DNA from: an archaeon
GTDB taxonomy: Archaea > Asgardarchaeota > Thorarchaeia > Thorarchaeales > Thorarchaeaceae
Direction of reading: 5' to 3'
Length of the DNA stretch: 64,000 bases
Assembly (NCBI GenBank): GCA_024275415.1
Contig: JAJRZD010000012.1
Location: 17,796 to 81,795, forward strand
Shown: piece by piece, positions 39,734 to 50,462 of the stretch
How the letters are laid out: every line of letters starts with the position of its first letter
Position numbering within the stretch: position 1 is the first letter of the stretch
Position numbers and translations under genes: made by a program
The notes under the pieces: model-generated
The model's database searches: none
What the model was told of the DNA's origin: nothing
Seen by the model: the letters and a program-made list of their open reading frames with translations, nothing else

Positions 39734-39827
39734 CTAGAAAGATAAACGTTCTTCAAAAGGAGAAACAGGCTATACTATCCACTCTCAGGCTATCAGAGAG
39801 ATAAAATAGTGCAAGGGGAAGATATAA

Positions 39828-42473
39828 TTGGCTTCCCTCAAGCCAGAATACAACAAGGTGTTTTTTATGCTCAGTAAAACGCGCGCCATAATGATATTTG
39901 GAATTATCATATTCCTTCTTGGCTCTACAATCTCCGTCAATTTGACAGACAATGCCAAGACAAATCAAACTCAGGACAGCATGGATGGTTCCACGTCGGA
40001 TGAGTTCTCTGCTTCATCGGTCAATTTGCAGACTGACTCTTGGAAAATGAACCATCTTCCAAATGGGGATTTTGAGGGGTGGACAAATCCACATAACCCA
40101 CAGTATTTTACTACCACACGAACCACTGAAAGATATGTGTGGTACGCATCGTCGCCGTATCCTGTCAACGAGTCCAGTAGGTCTCTAGGGATGCAGGTAC
40201 GCGCTGTAGACAATGCCTATCCTTCCGAAGCACGGTTATCGCCACAGAATCAGGTATTCTGGAATAACCCCACGAATCTCACGATGAGATTTGACTACTT
40301 TTTGGATGCTTTCATGAACCCATCTACAAACAGCTATTTCAAGCTTGAAATCACAGTTAAAGCGCTTTCCAACATCCGGCTGACATATTATCTGGCTGGA
40401 AATACGACCCTCTCGAACTCTACATACTACGGATATTATGTCCTAGACAGTCCACTATCACAATGGAATCGTTTTGATAGGAACGTCACTCAAGACTTGA
40501 TTGCTGCGACTGGAAATACTCCTACTCAATTCAATACGTTCTATTTCTATCTTAAGACTAACGAGAGTTCCTATCAAAGAACATTCATTGATGACTTTTA
40601 TCTGGTGAATGGCACAGTACGGATTGGAGGAAGCGTGAACAATGGCAATTTTGAAACCTCAGGGACATGGTATTGGCTGACAAACAATGATCCAGGGGAT
40701 ATCGTTCAGACTTCGGATCGCCAGAACGGTGATTGGGCAGCTAACATGACCGTGGTATCACGAGGGAACATTAGTAAAGCAACAATCTCCCAGCGAGCAG
40801 GTGTAAGACTTGCAGACCAGAACCCTGACCGTTTCATGTTCTATTGGAAGATTGATCAGTGGATTAATCCCAATCAGTACTCATATGCTTACTTGTCTGT
40901 GGAAATGGAAAATCAAACAAGTTCATTCTATCTATACTATTGGTTTGCATACGCAGGGACACCGGCTCCATTCTCATACAGTGGCTACAACCATGTCCAA
41001 GTAGATGGCTTCAACACTACGGGTTCTTGGAACCTGTTCGACCGCAGCATATGGGAAGATATAACGTCGTTCAACTCGACTTCAGAGGTCTTTGTCAGGG
41101 ACATCGAGTTCATCGTTTATGCTGACAGATATCCAAGCACGGTCAGTCTCTTTGTTGATGACTTGAAGGTTGAGGCTGCTATTCTGAACGACATGAGCTA
41201 CGAAGATCAAGGAGATGTTGGAGATTATGTCCGTTCTTGGGGATCATGGAATATCGAAACAGCAAACGAATTCAGAGTTACAGACTTCGCATATACCGGC
41301 TCTAAGGCTGCAAACCTGACAATGACACCCTCAACCTATGTAGGTTTTTATCGGAATCTGAAAGCCATGCCCTTCAACGCATCGACTGAGGTTATCCTAG
41401 ACTTCAATTGGTACTTAGACGAATTTACATCTACTGGGAACGACTACATCGAGTTCTATTTTTACTTTGGAACCGATGTAGGAATTCATTACTTGATTGC
41501 TGCTGGGCCTGGTGCGTCGGTGTCCAACACATCTACTGAGAAGTATATCTATATTGAAGGCGCCAATATGACGGGGGCATGGCGCAACGCAGAACTGGAT
41601 CTCGCGGCGGATTACTTGGCCCTATTTGGGACTGTGCCTGATACCACTATTAGCGACATTTCTCTGATTGCCGAGGGGGATGCTGGTGGCCGATTGGAAC
41701 TCATTCTTGATGACCTGTACCTTGTTGAAGGGACATGGCCCAGAGTGTCTGGTCTGACTCAATTACCAGCACTGCCAGAAACAGGGATGGATGTCAACAT
41801 TTCTGTATCAACATACGATAAGAATCTAGATTCTGTTCTCTTGCGGTATCGGGTCGATGGCAGTTCGTGGAATTCTCTCCCGATGAGCAAGGAGGGTGCG
41901 TCCATATTCACCGCTACTATTCCCGGGCAAGACTGGGCGTCATTGGTAGAATACTACATCTATGCGAATGACACCTACGGACATGAAACTCTAGGAATGT
42001 CTGGCTCGGAGTACTACTCGTTTACCGTGCAGGATACGATAGCTCCGACAATGCAGGTTCAAGGTCTTACCAATGAGTCGACAGTTGGCGGAGTGGTAGA
42101 CATGACCGTTATACCAGACGATAACAGTTCAGGCATCCAACGAGTCGAGATATCTGTTGATGGAACCACTGTATCGAATGATACCACATCGCCTTACGAA
42201 TACAGCTGGGACACGGTTTCTGAAGATAATGGACAGCATGTCATCGTGATAAAGGCTGTCGATAATGCTGGGAACACGTACGAGATGAAGTACATTGTCA
42301 CAGTGTATAACGCTGAGACCTCAACACCAACCACACCGACTACCTCAACGAATACACCAGAGCCTCCTGGTTCACCGGACATGCTACTGATCGTTGTGAT
42401 TGGAATCGCAGTTGTTGCTGGCGTGGTCGTCATTCTCTTCGTTCTCTTGCGACAACGAACCTTGAGCCATTAG
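39828..42473 (+). CDS. Large surface/cell-envelope protein (N-terminal signal/TM, many N-glycosylation sequons, Ig-like C-terminal domains, Thr/Pro linker, C-terminal TM anchor)
   Basis: The N-terminal hydrophobic segment is MIFGIIIFLLGSTISVN. Frequent N-x-S/T sequons occur. The C-terminus is ...TSTPTTPTTSTNTPEPPGSPDMLLIVVIGIAVVAGVVVILFVLLRQRTLSH. Confidence 0.6.
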   Translation: MASLKPEYNKVFFMLSKTRAIMIFGIIIFLLGSTISVNLTDNAKTNQTQDSMDGSTSDEFSASSVNLQTDSWKMNHLPNGDFEGWTNPHNPQYFTTTRTTERYVWYASSPYPVNESSRSLGMQVRAVDNAYPSEARLSPQNQVFWNNPTNLTMRFDYFLDAFMNPSTNSYFKLEITVKALSNIRLTYYLAGNTTLSNSTYYGYYVLDSPLSQWNRFDRNVTQDLIAATGNTPTQFNTFYFYLKTNESSYQRTFIDDFYLVNGTVRIGGSVNNGNFETSGTWYWLTNNDPGDIVQTSDRQNGDWAANMTVVSRGNISKATISQRAGVRLADQNPDRFMFYWKIDQWINPNQYSYAYLSVEMENQTSSFYLYYWFAYAGTPAPFSYSGYNHVQVDGFNTTGSWNLFDRSIWEDITSFNSTSEVFVRDIEFIVYADRYPSTVSLFVDDLKVEAAILNDMSYEDQGDVGDYVRSWGSWNIETANEFRVTDFAYTGSKAANLTMTPSTYVGFYRNLKAMPFNASTEVILDFNWYLDEFTSTGNDYIEFYFYFGTDVGIHYLIAAGPGASVSNTSTEKYIYIEGANMTGAWRNAELDLAADYLALFGTVPDTTISDISLIAEGDAGGRLELILDDLYLVEGTWPRVSGLTQLPALPETGMDVNISVSTYDKNLDSVLLRYRVDGSSWNSLPMSKEGASIFTATIPGQDWASLVEYYIYANDTYGHETLGMSGSEYYSFTVQDTIAPTMQVQGLTNESTVGGVVDMTVIPDDNSSGIQRVEISVDGTTVSNDTTSPYEYSWDTVSEDNGQHVIVIKAVDNAGNTYEMKYIVTVYNAETSTPTTPTTSTNTPEPPGSPDMLLIVVIGIAVVAGVVVILFVLLRQRTLSH

Positions 42474-42544
42474 ATTCGCAGAAGGATTCAAGTCCCTCAC
42501 CGTTCTATTGAGGGCTGAGTCCTCCTTTCCTTTTTTGCTAATAC

Positions 42545-43645
42545 TCATGGCAGCACAGAAGACGATATCGAAACGTCATGTAACATGAGGAGATCCACCA
42601 TCACGAAAGCCGTCAAATTCTCGACGACCGGGACAGCGCGAGGGACGATACACGGATCATGTCGTCCAGTTACCCTCAACTCTGTTGTTTTTATTTCCGC
42701 CAAGTCAATAGTTGTTTGAGGCTTAGATATGCTTGGAGTGGGTTTGAAGGCGGCTCTGAACACGATTGGAGCCCCAGTGCTCAACCCACCTAGGATACCG
42801 CCTGCGTTATTGCTCCTCCAAACGAGTCCATTGGATGTGTATTCCACCTGGTCATTGTGGTCAGACCCGTTCATAGAAGCAGCCTTGAACCCAGCCCCGA
42901 ACTCGATGCCCTTCACACCGGGGATACTGAACATAGCGTGGCTTATACGACTCTCGATGGAATCAAACAACGGCTCACCTACTCCTATAGGGAGATTCAG
43001 TACACGACACTCGACTATACCACCAACCGAATCACCTTCACTTCGCGCCCGAAGGATCTCCTCTTCCATAAGTCGAGATACATTGGTATCAATGCATCCA
43101 GTGGAGTTGGAATGCTTGCATCGAGCAAGCTCGTCGTCGGTAGGGTTCTGCTCCAAAGCGATATTTCCAACTTGGACTGTATGAGCTAGGACACTAATGT
43201 TCCGTATAGAAAGGATTTGCTTTGCGACTGCCCCTGCCAACACGTACACTGCGGTCATGCGTCCAGAGAAGAATCCGCCACCCCGATAGTCGTTGAATCC
43301 ATTGTATTTGTAGAATGCGGTGAAGTCTGCATGTCCGGGTCGCGGAGTGTTTTTCATACGCTCATATGCATCCGACTGAGAATCCCTGTTCTGAATCACC
43401 ATCATAATCGGCCCTCCAGTGGTGACTCCATCAACGACACCTGTTTTCACATCGAACTGGTCTGTTTCATCCCGTGAGGAACTTGTGTGATACAGTCCGG
43501 GTCTTCGCCGTGCAAGCTCGTCCTCGATTATCTTGTAGTCCAGTTCGAGACCTGCTGGACAGCCCTCGATGCTGACCCCGATACACTCTCCATGACTTTC
43601 CCCAAACACATGAATCTTGAAGTGTCTACCCATGCTAAAGGTCAT
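42545..43645 (-). CDS. aroC: Chorismate synthase
   Basis: N-terminal FGESHGECIGVSIEGCPAGL and the overall AroC signature. There is a 4-bp overlap with aroA. Confidence 0.9.
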   Translation of the reverse strand: MTFSMGRHFKIHVFGESHGECIGVSIEGCPAGLELDYKIIEDELARRRPGLYHTSSSRDETDQFDVKTGVVDGVTTGGPIMMVIQNRDSQSDAYERMKNTPRPGHADFTAFYKYNGFNDYRGGGFFSGRMTAVYVLAGAVAKQILSIRNISVLAHTVQVGNIALEQNPTDDELARCKHSNSTGCIDTNVSRLMEEEILRARSEGDSVGGIVECRVLNLPIGVGEPLFDSIESRISHAMFSIPGVKGIEFGAGFKAASMNGSDHNDQVEYTSNGLVWRSNNAGGILGGLSTGAPIVFRAAFKPTPSISKPQTTIDLAEIKTTELRVTGRHDPCIVPRAVPVVENLTAFVMVDLLMLHDVSISSSVLP

Positions 43646-44931
43646 GACGCATATCCACTCCTCTGGATTAGGGTCGCACGAGCGCCCAGGGTCAGCATAT
43701 CACGCATGAAACTCGGATAGCTTTTTGTGCTACACTCGAAGCAGTCTATGGTGGTGGTGCCCTCAGCAACAGTACCAGCAACGAATGCAGCCATAGCAAT
43801 CCGGTGGTCATTATGGGGATTCACACTGGCACCATGCAGTCGTGTGGGTCCCTCAATCCGTAACGAGTCCTGCTCGTGTGCGATATCAACATTCATCTTA
43901 GACAGTTCGCTGATCGTGGTCTGGATCCTATCGCTCTCTTTCAACTTGAGCCTGCGGACGTTCTTCAAGACCGTAGTGCCATCAGCCTGAGATGCCACGA
44001 CTGCGAGGATCGGGACGAGGTCTGGAATATCGCTGACATCGACCGTGATTCCTTGCAGGGGACGTTTCCTCACAATGACTCCTTTCTGATAACATTCAAC
44101 GGATGCACCCATCTCTCTGAGAAGCCTCACAAACTTGGAGTCGCCTTGTACCGAAGCCTCGTGCAGTCCGATGACCCCGACACTCCCTGTAAGGGCACCA
44201 AACGCCTCAAGGAATGCAGCAGATGAATGGTCACCCTCGATATGGATCGTCTGTGCGTGATATCGTTGACTGCCGGGAATAATGAAACGGTCTGATGAGT
44301 GATGGACGTATGCGCCAAACATCCGCATCAGTTTCAGGGTCATCAGAACATAGGGCTTTGACTCGAGGCGTGAGGTAAGGACAACCTCACATTCATTTCG
44401 TGCCTTTGACCCTGCCATGAGCAGCGATGATATGAACTGCGAACTTATATCACCACGGATTAAAGTAGAACCCCCTTCGAGACCGTCACCCCGCACCTCT
44501 ATAGGTGGAAGGGCGTCACCATTTACTGAGTGGATGTTTGCGCCCCAGTCATTGAGAGAGCGAACGAGGTCACTAATGGGTCGCTGATGCAATGAGGGGT
44601 CTCCAAGAAGTAGTGAAACGCCATCAGCGAGAGAGGCAAGCCCAACGAAGAGCCTGAATGTCGTTCCCGAGCTCCCGCAATAGATGATCCCGGAAGAGGG
44701 AGCCGAGTTTCCAAGTCCTTCAATACTCAAATGACCATTCAGATGGATCCTTGCACCCAGCAGACGGGCAGCATCAATCGTGGCTTTGGTGTCGTCACAT
44801 ATCAGCGGATTAGGTATGTGTGTCTTGCCTTCAGCCAACATACCACATACGATCGCGCGATGAGTAAGGCTATTGGAAGGGGGGGCATGATGCCAACCAG
44901 TCGCGCTAGACCTCTTGACACGTACTTTCAA
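43642..44931 (-). CDS. aroA: 3-phosphoshikimate 1-carboxyvinyltransferase (EPSP synthase)
   Basis: The ORF is 429 aa. EPSPS motifs are LLGDPSLHQRPI, GNSGTTFRL-like (GSSGTTFRLF) and NDHRIAMA. Confidence 0.9.
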   Translation of the reverse strand: MKVRVKRSSATGWHHAPPSNSLTHRAIVCGMLAEGKTHIPNPLICDDTKATIDAARLLGARIHLNGHLSIEGLGNSAPSSGIIYCGSSGTTFRLFVGLASLADGVSLLLGDPSLHQRPISDLVRSLNDWGANIHSVNGDALPPIEVRGDGLEGGSTLIRGDISSQFISSLLMAGSKARNECEVVLTSRLESKPYVLMTLKLMRMFGAYVHHSSDRFIIPGSQRYHAQTIHIEGDHSSAAFLEAFGALTGSVGVIGLHEASVQGDSKFVRLLREMGASVECYQKGVIVRKRPLQGITVDVSDIPDLVPILAVVASQADGTTVLKNVRRLKLKESDRIQTTISELSKMNVDIAHEQDSLRIEGPTRLHGASVNPHNDHRIAMAAFVAGTVAEGTTTIDCFECSTKSYPSFMRDMLTLGARATLIQRSGYAS

Positions 44932-45440
44932 AGGTGTAGCCTCCTACAAATCTCGGTGACGATACAGTTGATGTCCTTTCCATCTGTGTCGATTTCGATG
45001 TCACAGGCTCTCGCATAAAGATTCTCTCTGAGTCGCATCAAGTCAATAATTGCCCGCAGCCTCTCATTTTCAGTTTCCAGTAGTGGACGGCTATTGTCCC
45101 GAAGTAGTCGTTCATGGATTGTGAGTGGGCTGGCCTTCAAGAGGATGACTTTGGAAACCCTCCTGATATGCTCGATGTTCTCTTGAGAAAAAAGAACACC
45201 GCCACCAAAGCTTAACACATGATGTTTCCTCTGACAGAGGTCTCTTACAGCAAGGGATTCAAGATGTCTGAAGTATTCTTCTCCATTCTCAGCAAATATC
45301 CTTGAAACCTGCTTTCCAGCCATCTGTTCTACCATGTCGTCCGAGTCTTCAAAATGCATCCCTATCTGCCTTGCCAGTGCCTTGCCTACAGAGGTCTTTC
45401 CCGTCCCCATGAATCCGATGATACCAATGTTGGGTTTCAT
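44928..45440 (-). CDS. aroK: Shikimate kinase, bacterial P-loop (AroK/AroL) type
   Basis: The Walker A is IIGFMGTGKTSVGKALA. The E. coli AroK-like layout is followed (FEDSDDMVE...GGGVLFSQENI). Confidence 0.85.
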   Translation of the reverse strand: MKPNIGIIGFMGTGKTSVGKALARQIGMHFEDSDDMVEQMAGKQVSRIFAENGEEYFRHLESLAVRDLCQRKHHVLSFGGGVLFSQENIEHIRRVSKVILLKASPLTIHERLLRDNSRPLLETENERLRAIIDLMRLRENLYARACDIEIDTDGKDINCIVTEICRRLHL

Positions 45441-46318
45441 GACTTCCGGACTCTCCCCTTTTCATGACTCCTTCCCTGCTCATCGATTGCAGCCAGAGCA
45501 GCCGCGCGCATGACACCTATGGAAGGTTCCCTACCAGTCCAGATGCGGAGCGATTCGGCACCTTGATGAACCAGCATCATCACTCCATTGATGGTTCTGC
45601 ACCCTTCATCTTCTGCCATAGCGAGGAGCTTTGTACGGGGAGGGTTATAGTTCAGATCCATCACTGACAGCCCATTCATCAGTTCGCTATCAGTGACAGG
45701 TGACTCGTTCTCGTATACGCCTCGCATCCCAAGAGGAGTGCAGTTGATCACCATGTCACTGTGCCGGACATAGTTCGGAAACTCCTCAAGTCGACCGGAC
45801 ACAACAGAAGCATTCCCTCCGCTGCGCAAGACCCTTGCAAGATCTCTCGCTCTCTCGACATTACGGTTCAGGATGAAAAGGTTCGGCACATCATGCTTGA
45901 GAAGACTGTGACAGATAGATCTGGCTGCACCGCCAGCGCCAATAACAATGCATCGGGTCGATGGTATGTCGATGCGTGATTCTTGCAAGGACTTGATGAA
46001 CCCAACTCCATCCGTTGAACACCCAACAACCATTCCTTTGTGGGAATAGAGCGTGTTAACAGAACTAGTTTGCACAGCGTCCCCACCAATCCTGTCAATA
46101 AAAGGGACTATGACTTCCTTCAAGGGTGCAGTGATGTTAGCTCCCGTAATTTGACCATCTGCTATATCATCAATCAGCTGTTGGACATCCTTTGGTCTCA
46201 TCGGGTTCCTGTCGTAATGATATTCCCTTGAAAGTCCCAGATCTGCGAGGGCTGCATTATGCATCTGGGGACTCACAGAATGGGCTATATGGGTTCCCAC
46301 GACACAAAGTCGCTTCAC
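45437..46318 (-). CDS. aroE: Shikimate 5-dehydrogenase
   Basis: The substrate-binding N-terminus is SPQMHNAALADLGL. The NADP Rossmann motif is VIGAGGAARSI. Confidence 0.85.
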   Translation of the reverse strand: MKRLCVVGTHIAHSVSPQMHNAALADLGLSREYHYDRNPMRPKDVQQLIDDIADGQITGANITAPLKEVIVPFIDRIGGDAVQTSSVNTLYSHKGMVVGCSTDGVGFIKSLQESRIDIPSTRCIVIGAGGAARSICHSLLKHDVPNLFILNRNVERARDLARVLRSGGNASVVSGRLEEFPNYVRHSDMVINCTPLGMRGVYENESPVTDSELMNGLSVMDLNYNPPRTKLLAMAEDEGCRTINGVMMLVHQGAESLRIWTGREPSIGVMRAAALAAIDEQGRSHEKGRVRKS

Positions 46319-46998
46319 GTATTGAACACCTCCATAATCTCCTTCATCTCTGGTAGGGACAACTGACCTGGCGCCGTTTCATTTCCCGAATTGGTTGCCA
46401 CATAGGCAAAGGGAGCCCCAAAGAGCGTCGACAAAATCCTCGTGTAGGTGCCAAGAAACCCCATCGAGAACGCAATAAGGTCGCATTTGTGCTTTTGATT
46501 ATACGAGTACAACCGTAGAATCCTATGTCCATCGTCAATGCGTTTAGCGAATGTCACGATCTTGATGATATCGGGGGCCAGAGATATCATGTCCTCCATC
46601 GTTCCTTTCAGGTACTCGAAGGGAGGAGTTCCCTCGAAATAGTGCTTTGACAAGATGACCCCGCATCCTGCATCGTGAGCATAATCGATGATCGAGCTTC
46701 GAGACCACATTGGACTCTCATACTCGATATCGACAAAGGATGCTCCAGAGCTAATGGCGGCCCGAAGGAGCGATATTCGGTTTCTTTCACTGCCAGCAAA
46801 GTGTCCGCCTTCTCTAATGGGTCTGTTTGTGGCGATGACAGGAACATGGGTCGAGGAATATACCTCTTCGATCCCCTTAGTGCACTCGAGAAAATCAATT
46901 CGATGTTCTACAAGGTCTGCATCCAATCTCTCAATTGATGTTATGCAGTCATCTATCGAGGAATACCTTAATGATACACAGAACCTCATCGACCTCAT
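46315..46998 (-). CDS. aroD: 3-dehydroquinate dehydratase, type I
   Basis: It aligns with E. coli AroD (LVEHRIDFL; catalytic Lys region IIKIVTFAK; SKHYFEGTP ~ SNHDFHKTP). Confidence 0.8.
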   Translation of the reverse strand: MRSMRFCVSLRYSSIDDCITSIERLDADLVEHRIDFLECTKGIEEVYSSTHVPVIATNRPIREGGHFAGSERNRISLLRAAISSGASFVDIEYESPMWSRSSIIDYAHDAGCGVILSKHYFEGTPPFEYLKGTMEDMISLAPDIIKIVTFAKRIDDGHRILRLYSYNQKHKCDLIAFSMGFLGTYTRILSTLFGAPFAYVATNSGNETAPGQLSLPEMKEIMEVFNT

Positions 46999-47819
46999 CT
47001 CCTATTCATGCCATGTACGCAACCATGCTTTACTGCGCTAACGAATTCCTGTATTTTGTTGAGCGAAACGAATGGGTCATGCAAACACCCTTCATACATC
47101 TTACATATCGCACTGCCGACAATAACCCCATCTGCACCAGCCTCCACGAGAGCCTGTGCATGATTTTCGCTTGATATTCCAAACCCTACAAGGACAGGGA
47201 TAGAACTGAGTTCCTTCACTCTTCTTACAAGCCCAAGTGTACCCGTCTGAACATTGTCACGAGTCCCTGTCACACCAGAAACGGCCGTCACATACACAAA
47301 GCCCTGACACACCTGAAGAATACCGTTCAGTCGCGCAGTAGAAGTGCTCGGGCTGACAATCTGAATCAGGTGGATGTCGAACTCCCTTGTTATCTCGTAC
47401 ACATAACTGCATTCCTCCAGAGGTAGATTCGGAACAATCACCCCATTGGCACCAGACACTGCAATCTGCTCAATGAAGTCCCTTGCGCCCATCCTATGAA
47501 TGATATTGTAGTAGCTGGTGACGACCACAGGAGCGATGATTCCCATGTCACGAATCCGCTCTATCCCTTGGATTGCCCTGCGTGGAGTCATTCCCGCTTC
47601 AAGTGCTCGCTTGCAAGCCCTTTGGAACACTGGGCCATCCGATGTCGGGTCGGAGAACGGGATTCCGAACTCGATGATGTCCACTCCGTTCTTGGTCATG
47701 GAGTCGATTAGACGTAGCGAGAACTCCTCTGAGGGGTCTCCAAAATAGGTATGGGCCATGAAAACGGGATTACCTGAAACGAATAACGTGTCCAGTTGGT
47801 TTGAATATGATTGCATCAT
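46995..47819 (-). CDS. trpA: Tryptophan synthase alpha subunit
   Basis: [18 protein letters not shown], plus the TrpA TIM-barrel pattern. Confidence 0.9.
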   Translation of the reverse strand: MMQSYSNQLDTLFVSGNPVFMAHTYFGDPSEEFSLRLIDSMTKNGVDIIEFGIPFSDPTSDGPVFQRACKRALEAGMTPRRAIQGIERIRDMGIIAPVVVTSYYNIIHRMGARDFIEQIAVSGANGVIVPNLPLEECSYVYEITREFDIHLIQIVSPSTSTARLNGILQVCQGFVYVTAVSGVTGTRDNVQTGTLGLVRRVKELSSIPVLVGFGISSENHAQALVEAGADGVIVGSAICKMYEGCLHDPFVSLNKIQEFVSAVKHGCVHGMNRR

Positions 47820-49024
47820 GTACCCTCCTCCAACTCCACAATCATACTGACATCCTTGTCACCCCGTCCTGAAAGACACACTACTATGATGTCATCGGAC
47901 GAAAGAGAGGGGACAATCTCCTCTAGGTATGCAATCGCATGGGCACTTTCCAAGGCCGGTATGATTCCCTCTAACCGTGACAACTTCTTGAACCCTGCCA
48001 GTGCCTCGTCATCAGTGACACTGACATACTGCACTCTACCGATAGCATGTAGGTGCGCGTGTTCAGGGCCTACGCCAGGGTAGTCGAGCCCCGCGGAGAT
48101 CGAATGGGCTTCCAGAATCTGCCCATCGCTATCTTGCAGGAAATAGCTTCTTTGCCCATGAAGGACACCGGGTTCTCCTGCGGTGATAGAAGCACCGTGC
48201 ATCCCTGATGTGATCCCTTTACCGCCAGCTTCCACACCTATGAGTTCCACTGGGTCGTCAATGAAGGCGCTGAACATCCCGATTGCATTGCTTCCTCCAC
48301 CGACACATGCCACGATATGTGTAGGAAGTCTCCCAGTTTCTGCAATGACCTGCTCACGAGTTTCGGTGCCAATCACAGACTGGAAGTCCCGAACGATGGT
48401 CGGATACGGATGTGGCCCGACTACTGAGCCAATGACATAATGTGTCGTGCTGCTTGTGGCCGCATAGTCACGCAGGGCTTCGTTTATAGCATCCTTCAGT
48501 GTACGTGAACCAGATTCGACAGGAACGACCTCTGAACCAAACAGCTTCATGCGGTAGACGTTCAGCTTTTGGCGAGTAATATCTACAGCCCCCATGTACA
48601 CGACGCATTCAAGACCGAGTGCTGCACACGCTGCGGCAGTCGCGACACCGTGCTGTCCTGCCCCAGTTTCAGCAATGATACGGGTCTTGCCCATCATCTT
48701 TGCTAAGAGGACTTGGCCGATAGTGTTGTTGACCTTGTGAGCGCCGAGATGACACAAGTCTTCTCGTTTGAGATAGACCTGCGCACCACCCAGATCATCC
48801 GTAAGCCGTGCAGCATGATAGAGTGGCGTGGGTCGTCCGACCAGATGAGTGAGATACTTATGATACTTTTTTCTGAACGAAACATTGGGTGTGATGTCGC
48901 GGTAAGCGTCTTCGAGTTCCTTTATCGCAGGCATGAGCGTTTCTGCAACAAATTGGCCACCGAATTCACCGAAATAGGGGCCGTGTTCCGTGTTCTGTGT
49001 CATCTCCGTGTTCCTCCTTTGCAT
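47816..49024 (-). CDS. trpB: Tryptophan synthase beta subunit
   Basis: The PLP-lysine region is HLGAHKVNN. Other motifs are GGGSNAIG and GVGPEHAHL. Confidence 0.9.
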   Translation of the reverse strand: MQRRNTEMTQNTEHGPYFGEFGGQFVAETLMPAIKELEDAYRDITPNVSFRKKYHKYLTHLVGRPTPLYHAARLTDDLGGAQVYLKREDLCHLGAHKVNNTIGQVLLAKMMGKTRIIAETGAGQHGVATAAACAALGLECVVYMGAVDITRQKLNVYRMKLFGSEVVPVESGSRTLKDAINEALRDYAATSSTTHYVIGSVVGPHPYPTIVRDFQSVIGTETREQVIAETGRLPTHIVACVGGGSNAIGMFSAFIDDPVELIGVEAGGKGITSGMHGASITAGEPGVLHGQRSYFLQDSDGQILEAHSISAGLDYPGVGPEHAHLHAIGRVQYVSVTDDEALAGFKKLSRLEGIIPALESAHAIAYLEEIVPSLSSDDIIVVCLSGRGDKDVSMIVELEEGT

Positions 49025-49653
49025 TGCGAGAGAAACCTCCTCACAAGCATCCGGTCCTTTTTGCCAACCTCTTCCTCCACACCGGAGGAAACATGAATGG
49101 CGTAGGGCCTTGTCGCAAGGGCATCTGAGAGAGTATCAGGAGCTAGACCGCCGGCTAACGCAAAACGTCCATTGCAAAAAGGTAAGACATGCTTCCTTAA
49201 CATCGAGATGTCTATGCAGAAGCCCCGTCCACCATATACTCCATGTCTGCTAGGTTCGAACGAGATAATGTCAGACACTTTACTCATCTCGGTCAGGTTC
49301 GGGATAGGGCATCCTGACAGCGAGTCGTCCTGCGGAACTAGCATGACACTAGTACACTTGAACCCATGATCGTGTATCGTTTCGACTGCATCGATTCCTA
49401 GGTTGTAGACCTGCACCATATCAACATCAGCGGATCGTGCGTCATCACAGACTCTCTCGATGTCTGATGACGTAAAGATGCCAGTCACATGGACAAGTGG
49501 ACCAAGCTGCTCACGTATCTCCTTAGCTAGCCCAATGGGTATCTCTCGCGCCCGGTCAGCAGCAAGCACCAATCCGATAGCATCAGCGCCTTCCTCTTCG
49601 CACATTAGAGCGTCGGCTAACGATGTGATGCCACAAATCTGCACCCTGGTCAT
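49000..49653 (-). CDS. trpF: Phosphoribosylanthranilate isomerase
   Basis: [29 protein letters not shown]. The start is chosen at the internal ATG 49653 (ATGA overlap with the trpC stop). The ORF track's start at 49776 adds an atypical 41-aa extension overlapping trpC. Confidence 0.8.
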   Translation of the reverse strand: MTRVQICGITSLADALMCEEEGADAIGLVLAADRAREIPIGLAKEIREQLGPLVHVTGIFTSSDIERVCDDARSADVDMVQVYNLGIDAVETIHDHGFKCTSVMLVPQDDSLSGCPIPNLTEMSKVSDIISFEPSRHGVYGGRGFCIDISMLRKHVLPFCNGRFALAGGLAPDTLSDALATRPYAIHVSSGVEEEVGKKDRMLVRRFLSQCKGGTRR

Positions 49654-50462
49654 TCTTGCACCCCCGCGAACTCGGTCACGACGCTGCGACCCGTACGGAC
49701 TAGGTCGCCCACTGCTTGCTTGGGGTCTGATGACCTCATCAATGACGTGCCAACAAGTACAGCATCGACCCGACACCCCGAAAGAGAATAGACTTTCTCT
49801 ATGTCAGAGCCAGTGGTGATCCCTGATGCTGCTACAAGCACCGTGTCTTCTGGTAGATTCTTTGCAATGGCAATGTTGGAAAGGTCAATCCTGAGATCGG
49901 AGTAGATGTTCCGTGCGTTTACTAAAATAATGTGTGCTCCCGCGGAAAGCGCAGATTCGAGTTCTTTCTCGTTTGACACTTCAATGACAGCGTCAAGTCC
50001 AAGTCGTTCACCGATGTCTATGAGTTCTCCCAGGTCGCCGCCAACAGATTCCACGACACGAACCATCAACAGGAATGCATCGGCTCCAGCAGATACGCAG
50101 TCTGCCAGATGCTGAGGTGTGAAAAAGAAGCCCTTTGCCAACAGTGGCAGTCGAACAACCTTCCTTGCAAATCTCAGCAGGTCAAATGAGCCGTTAAAAT
50201 GCATCTGCTCCACGAGAACCGAAATCCCTGTGGCGCCACCCTCAATATAGGCTCGTAAGATAGGATCAGGGGTAAGGTCTCCAGCGGATAGAGGACCATT
50301 GGAAGGTGATGCGGGTTTCAGCTCAGATATTACACGAACCCCTGTGCAGTGCCCATGCATCAATGCATCACGCAACCGAATAGAGACCTCAGTTACATCC
50401 GATAGCTTCGACTCGACTATCTCCCCAACAGTTTCTCCTAGCCGTGCTCGCAACATGCTCAT
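49650..50462 (-). CDS. trpC: Indole-3-glycerol phosphate synthase
   Basis: SELKPASPSNG and the IGPS barrel motifs. Confidence 0.85.
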   Translation of the reverse strand: MSMLRARLGETVGEIVESKLSDVTEVSIRLRDALMHGHCTGVRVISELKPASPSNGPLSAGDLTPDPILRAYIEGGATGISVLVEQMHFNGSFDLLRFARKVVRLPLLAKGFFFTPQHLADCVSAGADAFLLMVRVVESVGGDLGELIDIGERLGLDAVIEVSNEKELESALSAGAHIILVNARNIYSDLRIDLSNIAIAKNLPEDTVLVAASGITTGSDIEKVYSLSGCRVDAVLVGTSLMRSSDPKQAVGDLVRTGRSVVTEFAGVQE

